Part shown: one piece after another, positions 25,350 through 39,245 of the stretch
How positions within the stretch are numbered: the stretch's first letter is position 1
How the letters are laid out: each line of letters starts with the position of its first letter
Source: Paraspadella gotoi
Lineage: Eukaryota > Animalia > Chaetognatha
Length of the DNA: 64,000 nt
Assembly: GCA_051294375.1 (NCBI GenBank)
Contig: CM119264.1
Location: 9,938,175-10,002,174, forward strand
Direction: 5' to 3'
Made by a program: the position numbers and the translations under genes
Notes under the pieces: model-generated
What the model was told of the DNA's origin: nothing
The model's input: the letters and a program-made list of their open reading frames with translations, nothing else
Database searches by the model: none

Positions 25350-26560
25350 TATCCGTATGATTTTGGGTGTAATAGCGTAAGGTCATGGTGATGTGGCGGC
25401 GGCTTCCTTCATGTAGCCTCGACGCTTTTTAACAGAATAAAAGAAAGAAAAGCGAACAAAAGTGAAGAAAAATTGTAGAGAACAACGGATGATTGAAGTG
25501 CCGCTGAATTCCGATAAAAAATCAGATTAGACTCACATGTAAGCCTTGTTTCACGGCGTTGTTAATGTCAATAAAGATGTAACATAACGAAAGCGTCTGG
25601 TAAGACGTAGCAATATGTCCGTTAGTGAAGTTATATTTCGAGAAATTACTGAATTCAATTACTAACAACATACAGAGATGAACATTAATTGTAAAAAATA
25701 TTAAATTTTTACTGTTTTTTCAATTTTCGCAGTAGGCTAATTATATATATATGTACTATAGCTATATTACTAAAATCGAAAAATTTCAAATAGGCTTTTC
25801 TTAATTTTGATTGCAAGATTTGAATTCCTCGTCAAAAGTTGCTAAAGAAAAAATATAAATCATTTTTAAATTCTTTCATTAAGTGGGTTAAAATTAAAAA
25901 ACGATATTTAATATATAAAAAGTAATTTTTCAGCTAAAATAGTAGCTTTTCTAATTTTTGACCACTTAATAAAGGAATTTTTAAAAAAGAGTTATATTCT
26001 TTTTATCAACTTTTTATGACGAATCCAAATCTGCAAAAATATTTAAAAACTGTTTTGAATAATTTAATTGGTTTTAGTACTAGTTAATAAATTTACTGCG
26101 TAAATTGAAAAATTTATTATAAATTTTTTATATACATAAATGTTCATTAGAATAATGTTGTTCATTCCTCACTTTTAGAATTTAAATTAAAGTTTAAATT
26201 TGAAATTTACTACGCCTTAGTATGCAATTGGCTGAAAAATATAAGCAATTTATATAAAAAATAGGTTAACGACTTCTTTTAATCCAAAGTGTCGGTAAAT
26301 TTACATTCCTGTAAAATTTAATCTATTCTCAACTTCTATTTTTATCGCTCCCTCAATAATCGAAAACCACCTTCCAGGTGAAGAGAGATGATTTTTTTTT
26401 TCATTCAGATTTTACCTCCATACTTTTGGCCAGAAATATTCCGCTCCCGATTCCGCCTTTTATCTGCATCGTCCATCCCGTCACTTTTTTGGATTGGTTT
26501 CCCCTTTAGTTGCCTCTGCTGTTTCTCTCCTAGTTCTCTCCAGCTCTTCTCTTCCTCTCT
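25350..26560 (+). repeat. Noisy further copy of flank + MITE (25615-26217) + downstream flank, lacking the PLE insertion
   Basis: 25350-25750 matches ~23085-23455 and 25770-26560 matches ~24324-25130. The MITE ends ttactacgcct|TA at 26217. Confidence 0.8.
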
Positions 26561-27710
26561 CTCTCTCTCTCTCTCTTCTCTCTTATCGTGACTGTTCACT
26601 TCCTCTCACATATCTCGTCAACACTTTCTCAAGGGAGCCACATTCCTCGGCCAAACAACCGCGTCCATTTTCTTTCTCTCTTTTCCTCCAACACAGATTC
26701 TTTCTTTGTCCTCCTCTCTCTCTTCCGCCACCAACCAAGCTTGGACTTCGCCACAAAGAAGAAAAAAAAAAAGAAGATTGCCATCGAGATTAAAAAAGAA
26801 AAAAAAGGAAAAAAAGAAAAAAAAATCTCGAGCGAGAAAGAGGAGAAAATAAAGGAAGAAAGACAAAAGAGCGTCGCGACGGCTTTAAACAAACGTGTCC
26901 AGAGAATTGCCAAACATGGGACTAAGAAACAATGGAAAGGAGTGGTCGTTGTTGTCGTTGTCTTCGTTGTCGTCGTTGTCCGGAACTCCTTGCGACGCAG
27001 CGTCGTTCCCCTGCCAAATTTCGCCCTCGAACCCGGGATCTTCTGGCCGCGGTTACCGATTCACATTCTGCCGAGAAGAAACCGAAGAAGAAAAAAAAAC
27101 CGCCGAGTAGTCAAATTTTTACGGTTTTAAGAATACGAGAGTAATAACCGAATGAAGGGGAGAGGGTAAAGCTTCTTTTTCTTTTTTTTAATGCGCCCAC
27201 GAGAAATGTCTAGAGAGGGCGCGAGGGTTTGGGGGAAAAAAAAGGGAAACCGGGTCGCCGCGTTAATTTATCAACTAGAGTACAGAGAGGATCGGGGGCA
27301 GTGGAGGAAAGGAGGGTGGGGGCAAAGGGTAAAGATTTGCGAGGGAGATATTTCTTCCTCCGTTTTCCTTTCTTCTCTTCTTCCTCTTTCTCCCCGCCTC
27401 ACACAACGACCTCACCTCCCTTGGCGCCTCGATCTCATAATGCATAACCTTATCGTCGTTCGCTTAAGGGGGACCAAAAAGAAAAAATAAATAATGAAAA
27501 CGGGGGAGCGTAGACGGAAGTCGACGCTGTCGTCGTTGTTGTCGACATGTCGTCGTCGTCGTTGACGATATCAATACTTTATGTCGCCATGAAATTTNNN
27601 NNNNNNNNNNNNNNNNNNNNNNATTTTTCGCGACCAAATACCAAACGAAGATAAGGAGGAATGAAAATTATGAGAGAATATTATGGAGAGAGAGAGAGGA
27701 GAGAGAGAGT

Positions 27711-27765
<55 letters not shown>

Positions 27766-27819
27766 AGAATAGAGATGAGAGGAGAGAGGAGAGAGAGACG
27801 ACGAGAGAGAAGAGAGAGA

Positions 27820-29146
<1,327 letters not shown>

Positions 29147-29545
29147 TATATTTTGACGAGATTACAAATTTTCCAAAACTTTTCTTTGTTTCTTTGTTTC
29201 CGCTTTTTTAATATTTACCTTTTTTGAGATTGAAAACACTATTTTTTTGAGGCCTCAGGTTTAAAAAAAGTCTTTTAAAACATTTGAAAAGTCACTTCTG
29301 TACCCTAAACTTTATTTCGTCATTAAAAATACTAATATCTTTTTTACAAATTATAACGAAAGTTCTTAAAGAGTTTTCTGTGCGACAAAAACTAAAGAGA
29401 AAGAGGAAAACCATCAATAAAAAGCATGAAGCTCTTAAAAGTTGTAAGTTTAAAGGGGAAAAAAAAAAAAACCCCTTTTCCGGGTTTTGCCCAACGCAGC
29501 ATGCAAAACTCGCGACGTGCGTGCGTAGAGTCTCTCTCCAGTCTG

Positions 29546-29579
<34 letters not shown>

Positions 29580-29674
29580 TTCTTTCTCTGTCTGTCTGTC
29601 TCTCTCTCTCTTCTCTCTGTCTGCTCTCTCTCTTTTCTCTCTCTCTCTCTTCTCTCTCTCTTCTATCTCTCTCT

Positions 29675-29712
<38 letters not shown>

Positions 29713-29921
29713 CTCTCAGTCTTTTCGACTTTTGCGCGAACGTCGCACTGCGCAGAGAACGTGGGCGCGCCCCTTTCCCATGGAATTCGCGTCCCCTCGC
29801 GTCTCGGGAAACTGAGTTCAAGGTTAGGGAAGAAAAGGATCAGACAAAGCGTTTTTTATAGTGCAAGAAAGAAGAAGGAGAGGGAGGGAACGAGAAAAGC
29901 TCTAGAAAGCAAGAGAGAGAA

Positions 29922-29963
<42 letters not shown>

Positions 29964-31372
29964 GGAGATAGAGAAAAAGAGAGAACGATCGGGAAATTCC
30001 AAGTTAATGCTGATGAATTCGAAGATTTTCTTTCTTTAAAGAATAATTTGCATGGAATTTCAACACCGCTGATTCCAGAGTTTATTTTAAGAAAGCCATG
30101 ATCATACATCTTATTGTTACACTGCCACCGTGACTAAAATTCCAGGAAAGAAAGAGTCTTTTTAACGCTTCAAAAGTTTTTATGAGTTAAAGGAAAAAAA
30201 ATCATGTCGTTTAAAATTCGGTGGCGAGGATCACAGATGTAGTTTGCGACGTTGAAATTGCTCTTTCTTTTTAATGTTAGACTTTTGAAAGAGCGAGGAG
30301 AGAGAGTGATAGAAATGAGTGAAGGAGAGAGAGAGGGAGTGAGCAGCCTTCAAGTCGAGAAATAATCGAGTTTGACTCTAAAATGGCGGATTCAAGAAGG
30401 CGATGGGAAAAAAAACGTGAAAAGCAGAAATGAGCGCGAAAACATTTTTAGAAAAGAAGATTTTAAGAAAAGAAAAAGGCAAAAATAGAAAAAAAGGATA
30501 AAAAAAGGGAAAAAATGGGGCGGAGCTCTCTCTGTAAAAAAAGAGCGAAGAATTCTATGGCGCGAGGATACAAATCAATAGAGGACCGAATTTCTAAGGG
30601 GGTACAGTCAAGAGGTCAAGTCTCTGAGGGAGGGGGGGGTAGGAAAGACGGTGGAGTTGGGAGATTGGAGAAGAGATGAGACCAAACTTGTGAATGGAAT
30701 CTCAGAGAGTTGCGCTTCGATGGAACCGGACGAAGATGGAATGAAACGGGGGTGGAATGAAAGATACAAGACTGGGATTAAGAGAATTAGAGTTAAGTGG
30801 GAGCTGGTTACATGTTTGATGGGAAGAAGTTGAGAATGAAAGGATGTGGAATGTGGAGTTGAAATGAGAAGAGAAGAGTATTTTGTAGACTGAACTTTGA
30901 TAAAACTGAGAAAACGATATTTTGGGCTATGAAGAACTCGGCCGAATAGGATAGAAAAATCAAATTAAAAATAGAATGACAAAGAATGACCGTGGGATAG
31001 AAAAAGTTATTTGAGATGGAAATGAGAAGGAAGGAATGAAAAGAGATGGTTCTACAAAAAGACGAAGCAGATGGTTTAAGGAGAGAAAAAAAAGAATGAG
31101 ATGAAGAACTTGAGTTACTCGAAGGGTCACCAAAAAAGGATGAGAAAACGAAGAAGAGGGAGGAGGCGGATTTTCTCATAAACTTGGGAGATCATGAATC
31201 GCGAAAGGATTTAAGCCTCCGAAGGGACAAAGAAAAACTGAAAGAATAAAGATGGGGGTTGGGTGGGAGAAAAAAAAACCTCTCTCCATAGCAAAATGGC
31301 GGCAAAAATTGAAAAGATGAAGAAAAAAAAAGGAAAACTCATTTCAGTTCTTTGAAGACAAGCGACCGACTT

Positions 31373-31426
<54 letters not shown>

Positions 31427-32799
31427 CTCTCTCTCTCTTTATCTTTTTCTGTTTGCTTGTGTCTTTTTGATATTTTCCATTTATTATTAAAAAAAAATTA
31501 AAATAACTGCAAAAAGGAAAATTAAAGAAAAAATTTGAGATTTTATTGTTGGAATCTTTTGTATATGACGACTTAGGATTTCATGACTTCAAATCGTATT
31601 TTCGGTTATCTAAACGTGAAAGAATATTACCTTGTTTACTACAATGTTCAGTCAATTTAATGATTAGATCAATTACGTCGCCCTCGATCAGGATGTAAAA
31701 TTCAGTCACTAGAAACCATAGATTTAAAGAAAACAAAATACTAAATAAGATTGAAAGACTAAATTTAACGAGCAAAGAAGCTTCTTCTTTCCCAAATTCA
31801 TTTCTTTCTTCACTTTTATTCTTCGCCCGACAGGTTTTATTGCGGGAGCCAATCGCAGGTCAGGCACGAGCAATTGCGGTCTTGCCATCGATGGTCATAA
31901 TTTAGACGGAAAACGCGGAACAAGAGATTGAAGCGAAGAGAGAGAAGAAAAAAAAAACAAAACAACAAAAAACAATCTTTTCGTCGAATCGATAACCGTA
32001 TCACTAAATTTCGATGGCTTCGCGACAGCGGATTCGCGCTGGCGTCGGCGTCGGCTCTGAAACGGCCGTTTCCGCCGCCGAACCCGCCGAGTGAACTGGT
32101 GACGTATGACACGCGGACGGAGATCAGACAGCGTCTGGCGCGTTTCCATGGCGACCGTCGCAAACGGAAATGATGGGGCGACGTCAGACGGACGATTGGC
32201 GTCGCTTCGGGGTCGGAGCCTCGAGGGCGAAAGGGGGGTGGTGGAGGGAGGATGAGGAAGAGGAGGAAAGAGAAAGAGAAAGAAGATGGAAAAAAGTGTG
32301 AAATTTAGAGAAATGAATGAATGGAACAAAAATTAATAGTTAAAAAATGTGACAGGCGTCGTTGTAGCCGTACTACCATGCTTTCATTACGATTCAAAAT
32401 GGAGATAAATCTTTCCCTTATTCCATCCACGTCTTGTTTCCTCGGCTTCGTAAAGTTGTTGAAGTTTTTTCCTTGTTTAATGCATTTATCTTTTTATTTT
32501 ATCTTCGACTTGAAAGAAAAAGGGAAACTGGAAATACTTTGATCTTTGATTTTCTCATCTTCCTGAAGAAATGAGGTAAAAGAGAAAGGATGAGAAGTAA
32601 AAAGGAAAAGGGAAAACAATGAGTGCCTTTTCCTATCATACTATGAAAAATCTTAATTTTATTCCATTCCTCGAAGCGAGCACCAAAAAAGTTTGTCCAA
32701 AAACAAACATTGAAATTAAAATAATGATTAAAATCGTGGCTCTGTAAACATCCCGAAGTTAAATCACTGTTGAACTAGTATGAGCAACTTATTCGATTT

Positions 32800-32841
<42 letters not shown>

Positions 32842-33156
32842 ATCTCTCTCTCTCTCTCTCGTTCTCTTTCTCTCCTTCCTCGGGATGGCACGACGCCAAT
32901 ATTCCTCTCCCAGACCAAATCTCGTTTTTGTCTCTCGCCCTCCATTTTTTTTTCTTTATTTCATTTTTTCTTCCTTCTTAAATTCTGTCATCTTCACTTT
33001 TCTTTCTTATTCACATTTTTTTTTAAATTTATGTTCTTATTTTCTTTTTCTATTTCTCGAACTCAGACTTTCAATAATCCCATTAGCATAGTCGCTCGGG
33101 AACTGGACACGTATTGCACAAAAACGATAACGCAGACGACCTCTCTCTTCCCACTC

Positions 33157-33261
<105 letters not shown>

Positions 33262-36145
33262 CTCTCACTCCTTTTTCCTCTCTCAGTGTTGAAAAAATGA
33301 CAACAAATCGTAAATTAGCATTCCATTTGCGAATCTTGACACGATCCAAACAAACCTCGCTCTAAAAAAAAAAAAAACATGATATAACCGGCAAAGTTGG
33401 AATAAAAAGACAAACAACGGCCCCTGAATGGAAAACACCCCCGAGGTCATTTTTCTTCGAAAGAGAAAAAAAGTAACCGAAACAATATCGCGGAAGACAG
33501 CTATGCCTTTTTGCCTTGGTTCCCAATCGCTGGCAAGAACAAAGAAAATGATGGTATCCAATGAAAACTTTGTTTGCTTTTAATGCTTGTATAGTTAGAT
33601 CAAATTTTAAATGAAAATTACTTCAAATAGTAATGAAACGTTGATAGATTTGTCCCATAATTCTTTTTTTTTTAATTATTTTATATTTTTGATATTTACA
33701 GAAAACCAAAGTAATGAAAACAAAATTAAATTAACGGACGCACCAAACGCACGCGAGACTACGAACATTATTTCCAGAGGAATTATGAAATGAAGAAAAA
33801 AGAAAAAAAAGGAAGAAAAAAGGAGAAAAGAATCTCGCGAGTAAAAAAAGAAAATGGATTAAAACTGTATCTTCGCCGCCATCTGTCTGCCCTTCTCCCT
33901 CTAGCGGCGGAAAAACTTGACAAATGTATAAGAATCCAAAAAAAAAAAAAAAAGAAAATCTATCAGCAGAATACGATAAATAAGCTTACTTATGCCATAA
34001 GTTATGGGCAAAATGAAAGGATGCTGAGACAGCATCCTAAAGAAATGTGAAGAGAAAAGTTCAGTGTCCAAAAAACAATAAATAAATAAGAAGTAAAATC
34101 TTTTTAACTAATAGATATGTAGAGCTTTAACCAAAATTAATTTAGGAGGCAGAAAGAATTAAATAAATAAACCGAAGAAATACGAAAATTTCTTAAAAAA
34201 TTGATAGATAAAGCAAAAATAAAATGGAAGGTTCGGGGAAAAAATTATGTTAAAAAAAGGAAAAAAAAAAGAAAAAAAAAACTGAAAGTCGGGCAGAAAA
34301 GGTGAACGTGAATGTGAATGTGATAAAAAAGGTCGAAAAGAAAACGAGAATAAATTTTTTTTTGGAGGAAAATATAGGAAAAAGAAAAAAATAGGAGAAA
34401 AGCAATAAAAAGAAGGTAACCGAATAAAGAGGACGAATGGGGAAGAGGAAGGAGGAAAGAATGAAATGGCGCCGCGGACTTTTCACAACCACAGCCGGAG
34501 CCGCTGCCAACGACGCCGCCATCGACGGCGCCGCCGTTTCCGCCCCACTTTTTCGATTCACCCCAGACAGGCGCACGGTATCGGATGTCACATTTTCCCC
34601 CGTTGGCGGCGCCGGCGAATATGGCGTTTCTTTTTCGCGTCGTTTTGGCGAAAGTCGAACGACATTTTCACTTTTTCTCCACCAAGCGTCATTTTTAGAT
34701 CTTTTTCGCGAAGAAATAAAAGAAATTCTATTCAAGGTTTTTCTCAGTTTTACTCAGTTTAACTGTTAAAAAAAATCATTCCAAAACCATGTTTTTTGTT
34801 AAAGGTTAATTTAAAACGGGCATAAGACCTTTCGTTAGTTTCATGTCGTTTTCTTCTTCATAACTCATAAAAAAAATGGGCGGCGATGGAATGGCCATAA
34901 ACGATCCGAGTTCGCGACCCGCTTATGCGTCGACCTTTGACCCGAGCCAGTTGATTGACCAATATACCTTCATTCTTTTCTTTCTTTTTATCTTTTTCTC
35001 TCTCGCTTCAATCTGATATACTTGTTTTGTTGAACATTCACTTGGATTTTAAATTATAAAAATTAAATTAACTTGGCCTAAGATCAATTACTGAAAAACA
35101 ACGCTCAAAGTGGTGATTAAAAGGTAAAAAAAATTGGAAAAAAAAACTTCTTTTTTGTTTTGATGAGGAAACGAATTCGAGTTTCTAGGGGAAGAAAGGA
35201 AGACATGCAAGAGAAAGAAAGGTAGGAAGAAAAAAAGAAAGGAAGACAGAAAGGAAGGCAGATAAAAAAGAAAACAGAAAGTTAAAAAAGATATGAAGGA
35301 TGAGAGAAAGGAAGGGGAAGACCCGATGAAAGGGAAAAGTGAAACTGGGAGAAGGAAATGGGCAGAGTCCGTGTTTGACCAAGAACTCCAAATCAATTTA
35401 TCGAGTATAAATTGAGATGAGGAAGAGGAAAACTGGGATGAGGAAGAGGAGGAGCCAAAAGCGAAAAATAGCGAAGGCTAAAAGGTGAGTATAAAAATGA
35501 GCACGAACTGGCCTGCGAGATAGAGAGGGGGTGCGAGACAAACTTTGGTAGATTTATTGGTTTGGGCAGAGGCCAAGGTCGGACGTCGCTAAAAACAACA
35601 ACAACAATTTTGTGCCAAGGGCAGGAAACTAGACGCGGACGACGATGTATTTAATAAGGGAATTGGAAACCAAAATGGCGAATTGGAAACGTTGAAANNN
35701 NNNNNNNNNNNNNNNNNNNNNNAGTCTCCATCATGTAAACTTTTTTTCAACGATCATTAAAAACTTTTTTAGCGTCATTAATTTCCTTAACCTAAAAAAA
35801 AGAAACTCGGAAACGAAATTAAGATGAAGCTCCACTGACCACAAACGAAAAAAGGAAATTTTTTCTTGAACCACTTTTTGGAAGTTCAATCCCGAGCAAT
35901 ATCGGAGGTCAATGACCAAATATTCTTTTGATAAACGACGGTTCAGTCCCGAACCTTAAACGGGATCCCAAGTGACAAAAATTATTTGGATGTATTTTTT
36001 GGGACTGGAAGAAAATTTTGGCTCTCTCTCTCTCTCTCTCTCTCGTCTCTCTCTCTTCTCTCTCTCTCTCTCTGTCTCTCTCACACACCCACACATTATA
36101 TAATAAAAATATTAGAGTGACTGACTAACGATTGAAACATCAACT

Positions 36146-36891
36146 CCTCCAACCGTTTTTTCCTCCTCCATCTCACCTTCCTCTGGCACCGCCCTTTTTC
36201 CTCCTCCTCTTCCTCCTCCTTCGCTCGCGCCTCCTGCCGGCGCCAGGCGCGCGGGACAAATTCCGATCCAGAGACTCCAATGGCCCCTTCGACCATTTCC
36301 GTCGTCTTTCAGGGGTCAGCGATGCGGGTCATGGGTCAGAGGCAGGGCGGTCGTTCGCGATCGCCTTCGCCAATCAGGAGGACTCACCGTTTGAAAGAAA
36401 AAGGTTCGGTGGGTGAGTAGGGGGAGAGGGAGAGAGAGAAGAGAGAGAGAAGAGAGATGAGAGGATGAGAGAGAGAGAGAGAGAGGAGAGAGTGAGAGAG
36501 AAGGAGGAGAAGAGAGAGGAGAGAGAGAGAGGAAAAGTTGCAAATCATTGAGGAGCTATTTACCGACCAAAGAGGAAAACGAGTTATAATCAGAAATCGT
36601 TCACGGTTTAGAAAACCGTTTAACCCCCACTTCGAAAAAAAGACCCGTACTGTCCGTCCAGGTCTGCAAGTCCGCAGCGGTTAGAAACCGAAAGCGAACT
36701 TCATTCCAAGATAATCACCGATCGTCCCTTATCTCTCGTCCCGAATCCTTAACTAACAAATCATTCATGTACGTAGGAAGGGGAGAGAAAAGTAGAATTG
36801 AGAAGGGAGGAAGGAAAAGAAAACAGAAAAGAAAGATGAAGAAACACGACAGGGAATGCAGGATAAGCAGAGAGAAGTGAGATAGACGAGC

Positions 36892-36925
<34 letters not shown>

Positions 36926-37290
36926 CGAGAGAAGAGAGATGAGAGAAGAGATGGAGAGAGGAGAGAGATAAGAGAGGAGGAACCTCGTTCGGTGAAGAAA
37001 GACGAAAGAAAAAAGAAAAAAAGAGAAGGGAGAAGTTAGCGCGAGAGACTTTTTTGGTGGAGAAAAAAACCAATAAATCTGGAGGAAAAGAGAAGATTTT
37101 TAAGTTGGAGGCATATATCCATGAGCAATCATCCATGAGGACGACTCACTTACGGCGAGGACTCGCCCGTCTTGCTCGAGAGTCAGGGACGAGTTATCTG
37201 ACCCGATGTATGGAGACAGGTATTGAGGAGCAGTAGAGGCAAGATGGCTGCCGTGCCGTAAGATCACGTCATTCTAGAAATTTCGAGGTA
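36146..37290. repeat. ~1.1-kb unit, copy A
   Basis: Collinear with 38160-39230; it provides the sequence missing in the 38621-38938 gap. Confidence 0.88.
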
Positions 37291-38074
37291 CGACTTTTTC
37301 AATGTTGGACGATTGTTCATCTGAAAACGACTAGCGCAAGAATGAAGTGGTCAAAGCGTCGCCCTGGGGAAAAATTCAGGGCTATAAAAATCATGAGTGT
37401 TTAAAAACATCGATTTCCGATCCTGTTACATCTCAGGGCTGCCATTTTTTTTCTCGTGTGACTCAATTAACCATCAGTTTGACATTCAAAGCCGATCAGA
37501 TTCAATTAGTGATGGTCGAGCTCGGCGAAAATTATTCTTTAGACACCGAATCTTTTAGTATATAAATAAGGATTTTCTCAAGCTTCGAATACAAACTGTC
37601 AGACGCAGTTTAAGGTAATTGTTGTTCATTTTATTAATAGAACGTCAATTCAGGATCGGAGTAGCACATATTGTCTGAAGGGCCTCTGCAGAGAATTTTT
37701 CTCACGGATTTGTATTTGGGATGTATGTTTGAAGTATCGAATACGATCGATGGTGAAGAGTGAAGATTAGGTGCGCATTTTGTGTGAAATTTATTAAAGT
37801 AGAAAGTTAGAAAGGGGAGCAGATACGGATTCTAGAGGTTTTCAACGGGAGTCAGGATTCGGCGAAAAAAATGGCGTTATATAGGCGAATGATCTTCAAA
37901 GAGAGGGGTGGATTTATCCGAAGATTATGGGTCAATATTTTCCGACGTGGATGTATGGTGGATTTGTTTGCAACCTTAACAATAGGCATCATTGCATGCA
38001 ATCGTACGATTGGCCGGTCAAAAAGTATATTGTTAAAAAACGCTGCTGACTCTTTCGTCAGGAGGCTTAGTCCT

Positions 38075-39245
38075 AGCGGGTGCGTAAATGCCCGGGGGCG
38101 TCATTGCAGAACCATTTCGAAGACGACTTTCTCTTGTCTAAACCAAGCACGATTTCTCTGCTCTCCAACCGTTTTTCCTCCTCCATCTCACCTTCCTCTG
38201 CACCGCCTTTTTCCTCCTCCTCTTCCTCCTCCTTCGCTCGCGCCTCCCGCCGGCGCCAGGCGCGAAAATTCCGATCCAGAGACTCCAATGGCCCCTTCGA
38301 CCATTTCCGTCGGCTTTCAGGGGTCACGATGCGGGTCATGGGTCAGAGGGCAGGGTCGTTCGCGATCGCCTTCGCCAATCAGGAGGGACTCACCGTTGAA
38401 AGAAAAAGGTTCGGTGGGTGAGTAGGGGGAGAGGGAGAGAGAGAGAGAGAGAGAGAGAGGAAAGTGCAATCATTGAGGAGCTATTTACCGACCAAAGAGG
38501 AAAACGAGTTATAATCAGAAATCGTTCACGGTTTAGAAACCGTTTAACCCCCACTTCGAAAAAAGACCCGTACTGTCCGTCCAGGTCTGCAAGTCCGCAC
38601 GGTTAGAAACCGAAGGCGAANNNNNNNNNNNNNNNNNNNNNNNNNNNNNNNNNNNNNNNNNNNNNNNNNNNNNNNNNNNNNNNNNNNNNNNNNNNNNNNN
38701 NNNNNNNNNNNNNNNNNNNNNNNNNNNNNNNNNNNNNNNNNNNNNNNNNNNNNNNNNNNNNNNNNNNNNNNNNNNNNNNNNNNNNNNNNNNNNNNNNNNN
38801 NNNNNNNNNNNNNNNNNNNNNNNNNNNNNNNNNNNNNNNNNNNNNNNNNNNNNNNNNNNNNNNNNNNNNNNNNNNNNNNNNNNNNNNNNNNNNNNNNNNN
38901 NNNNNNNNNNNNNNNNNNNNNNNNNNNNNNNNNNNNNNGGTGAAGAAACGAAAGAAAAAGAAAAAAAGAAGGGAGAAGATAGGCGAGAGACTTTTTTGGT
39001 GGAAAAAAACCAATAAATCTGGAGGAAAAGAGAAGATTTTTTAAGTTGGAGGCAATATATCCATGAGGCAATATCCATGAGGACGACTCACTTACGGGAG
39101 ACTCTGCTCGAGAGTCAGGGACGAGTTATCTGACCCGATGTATGGAGACAGGTATTGAGGAGAGTAGAGGCAAGATGGCTGCGGTGCGTAAATCCCGGGG
39201 TCATCAGAACCAATTTCGAGACGACTTTTCTCTGTCTCAAACACA
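38075..39245. repeat. ~1.1-kb unit, copy B, ending in the start of a further unit; contains exon-like sequence
   Basis: gcgggtgcgtaaatgcccggggg..cagaaccatttcgaagacgactttctc at ~38077 recurs at ~39181 and degenerately at ~37251. Confidence 0.85.

Noticed and set aside
34466-34762. Arg-rich, protamine-like short ORF
   Set aside because: Several overlapping frames on both strands are open in this CpG-rich patch; no homology or clear splice support.
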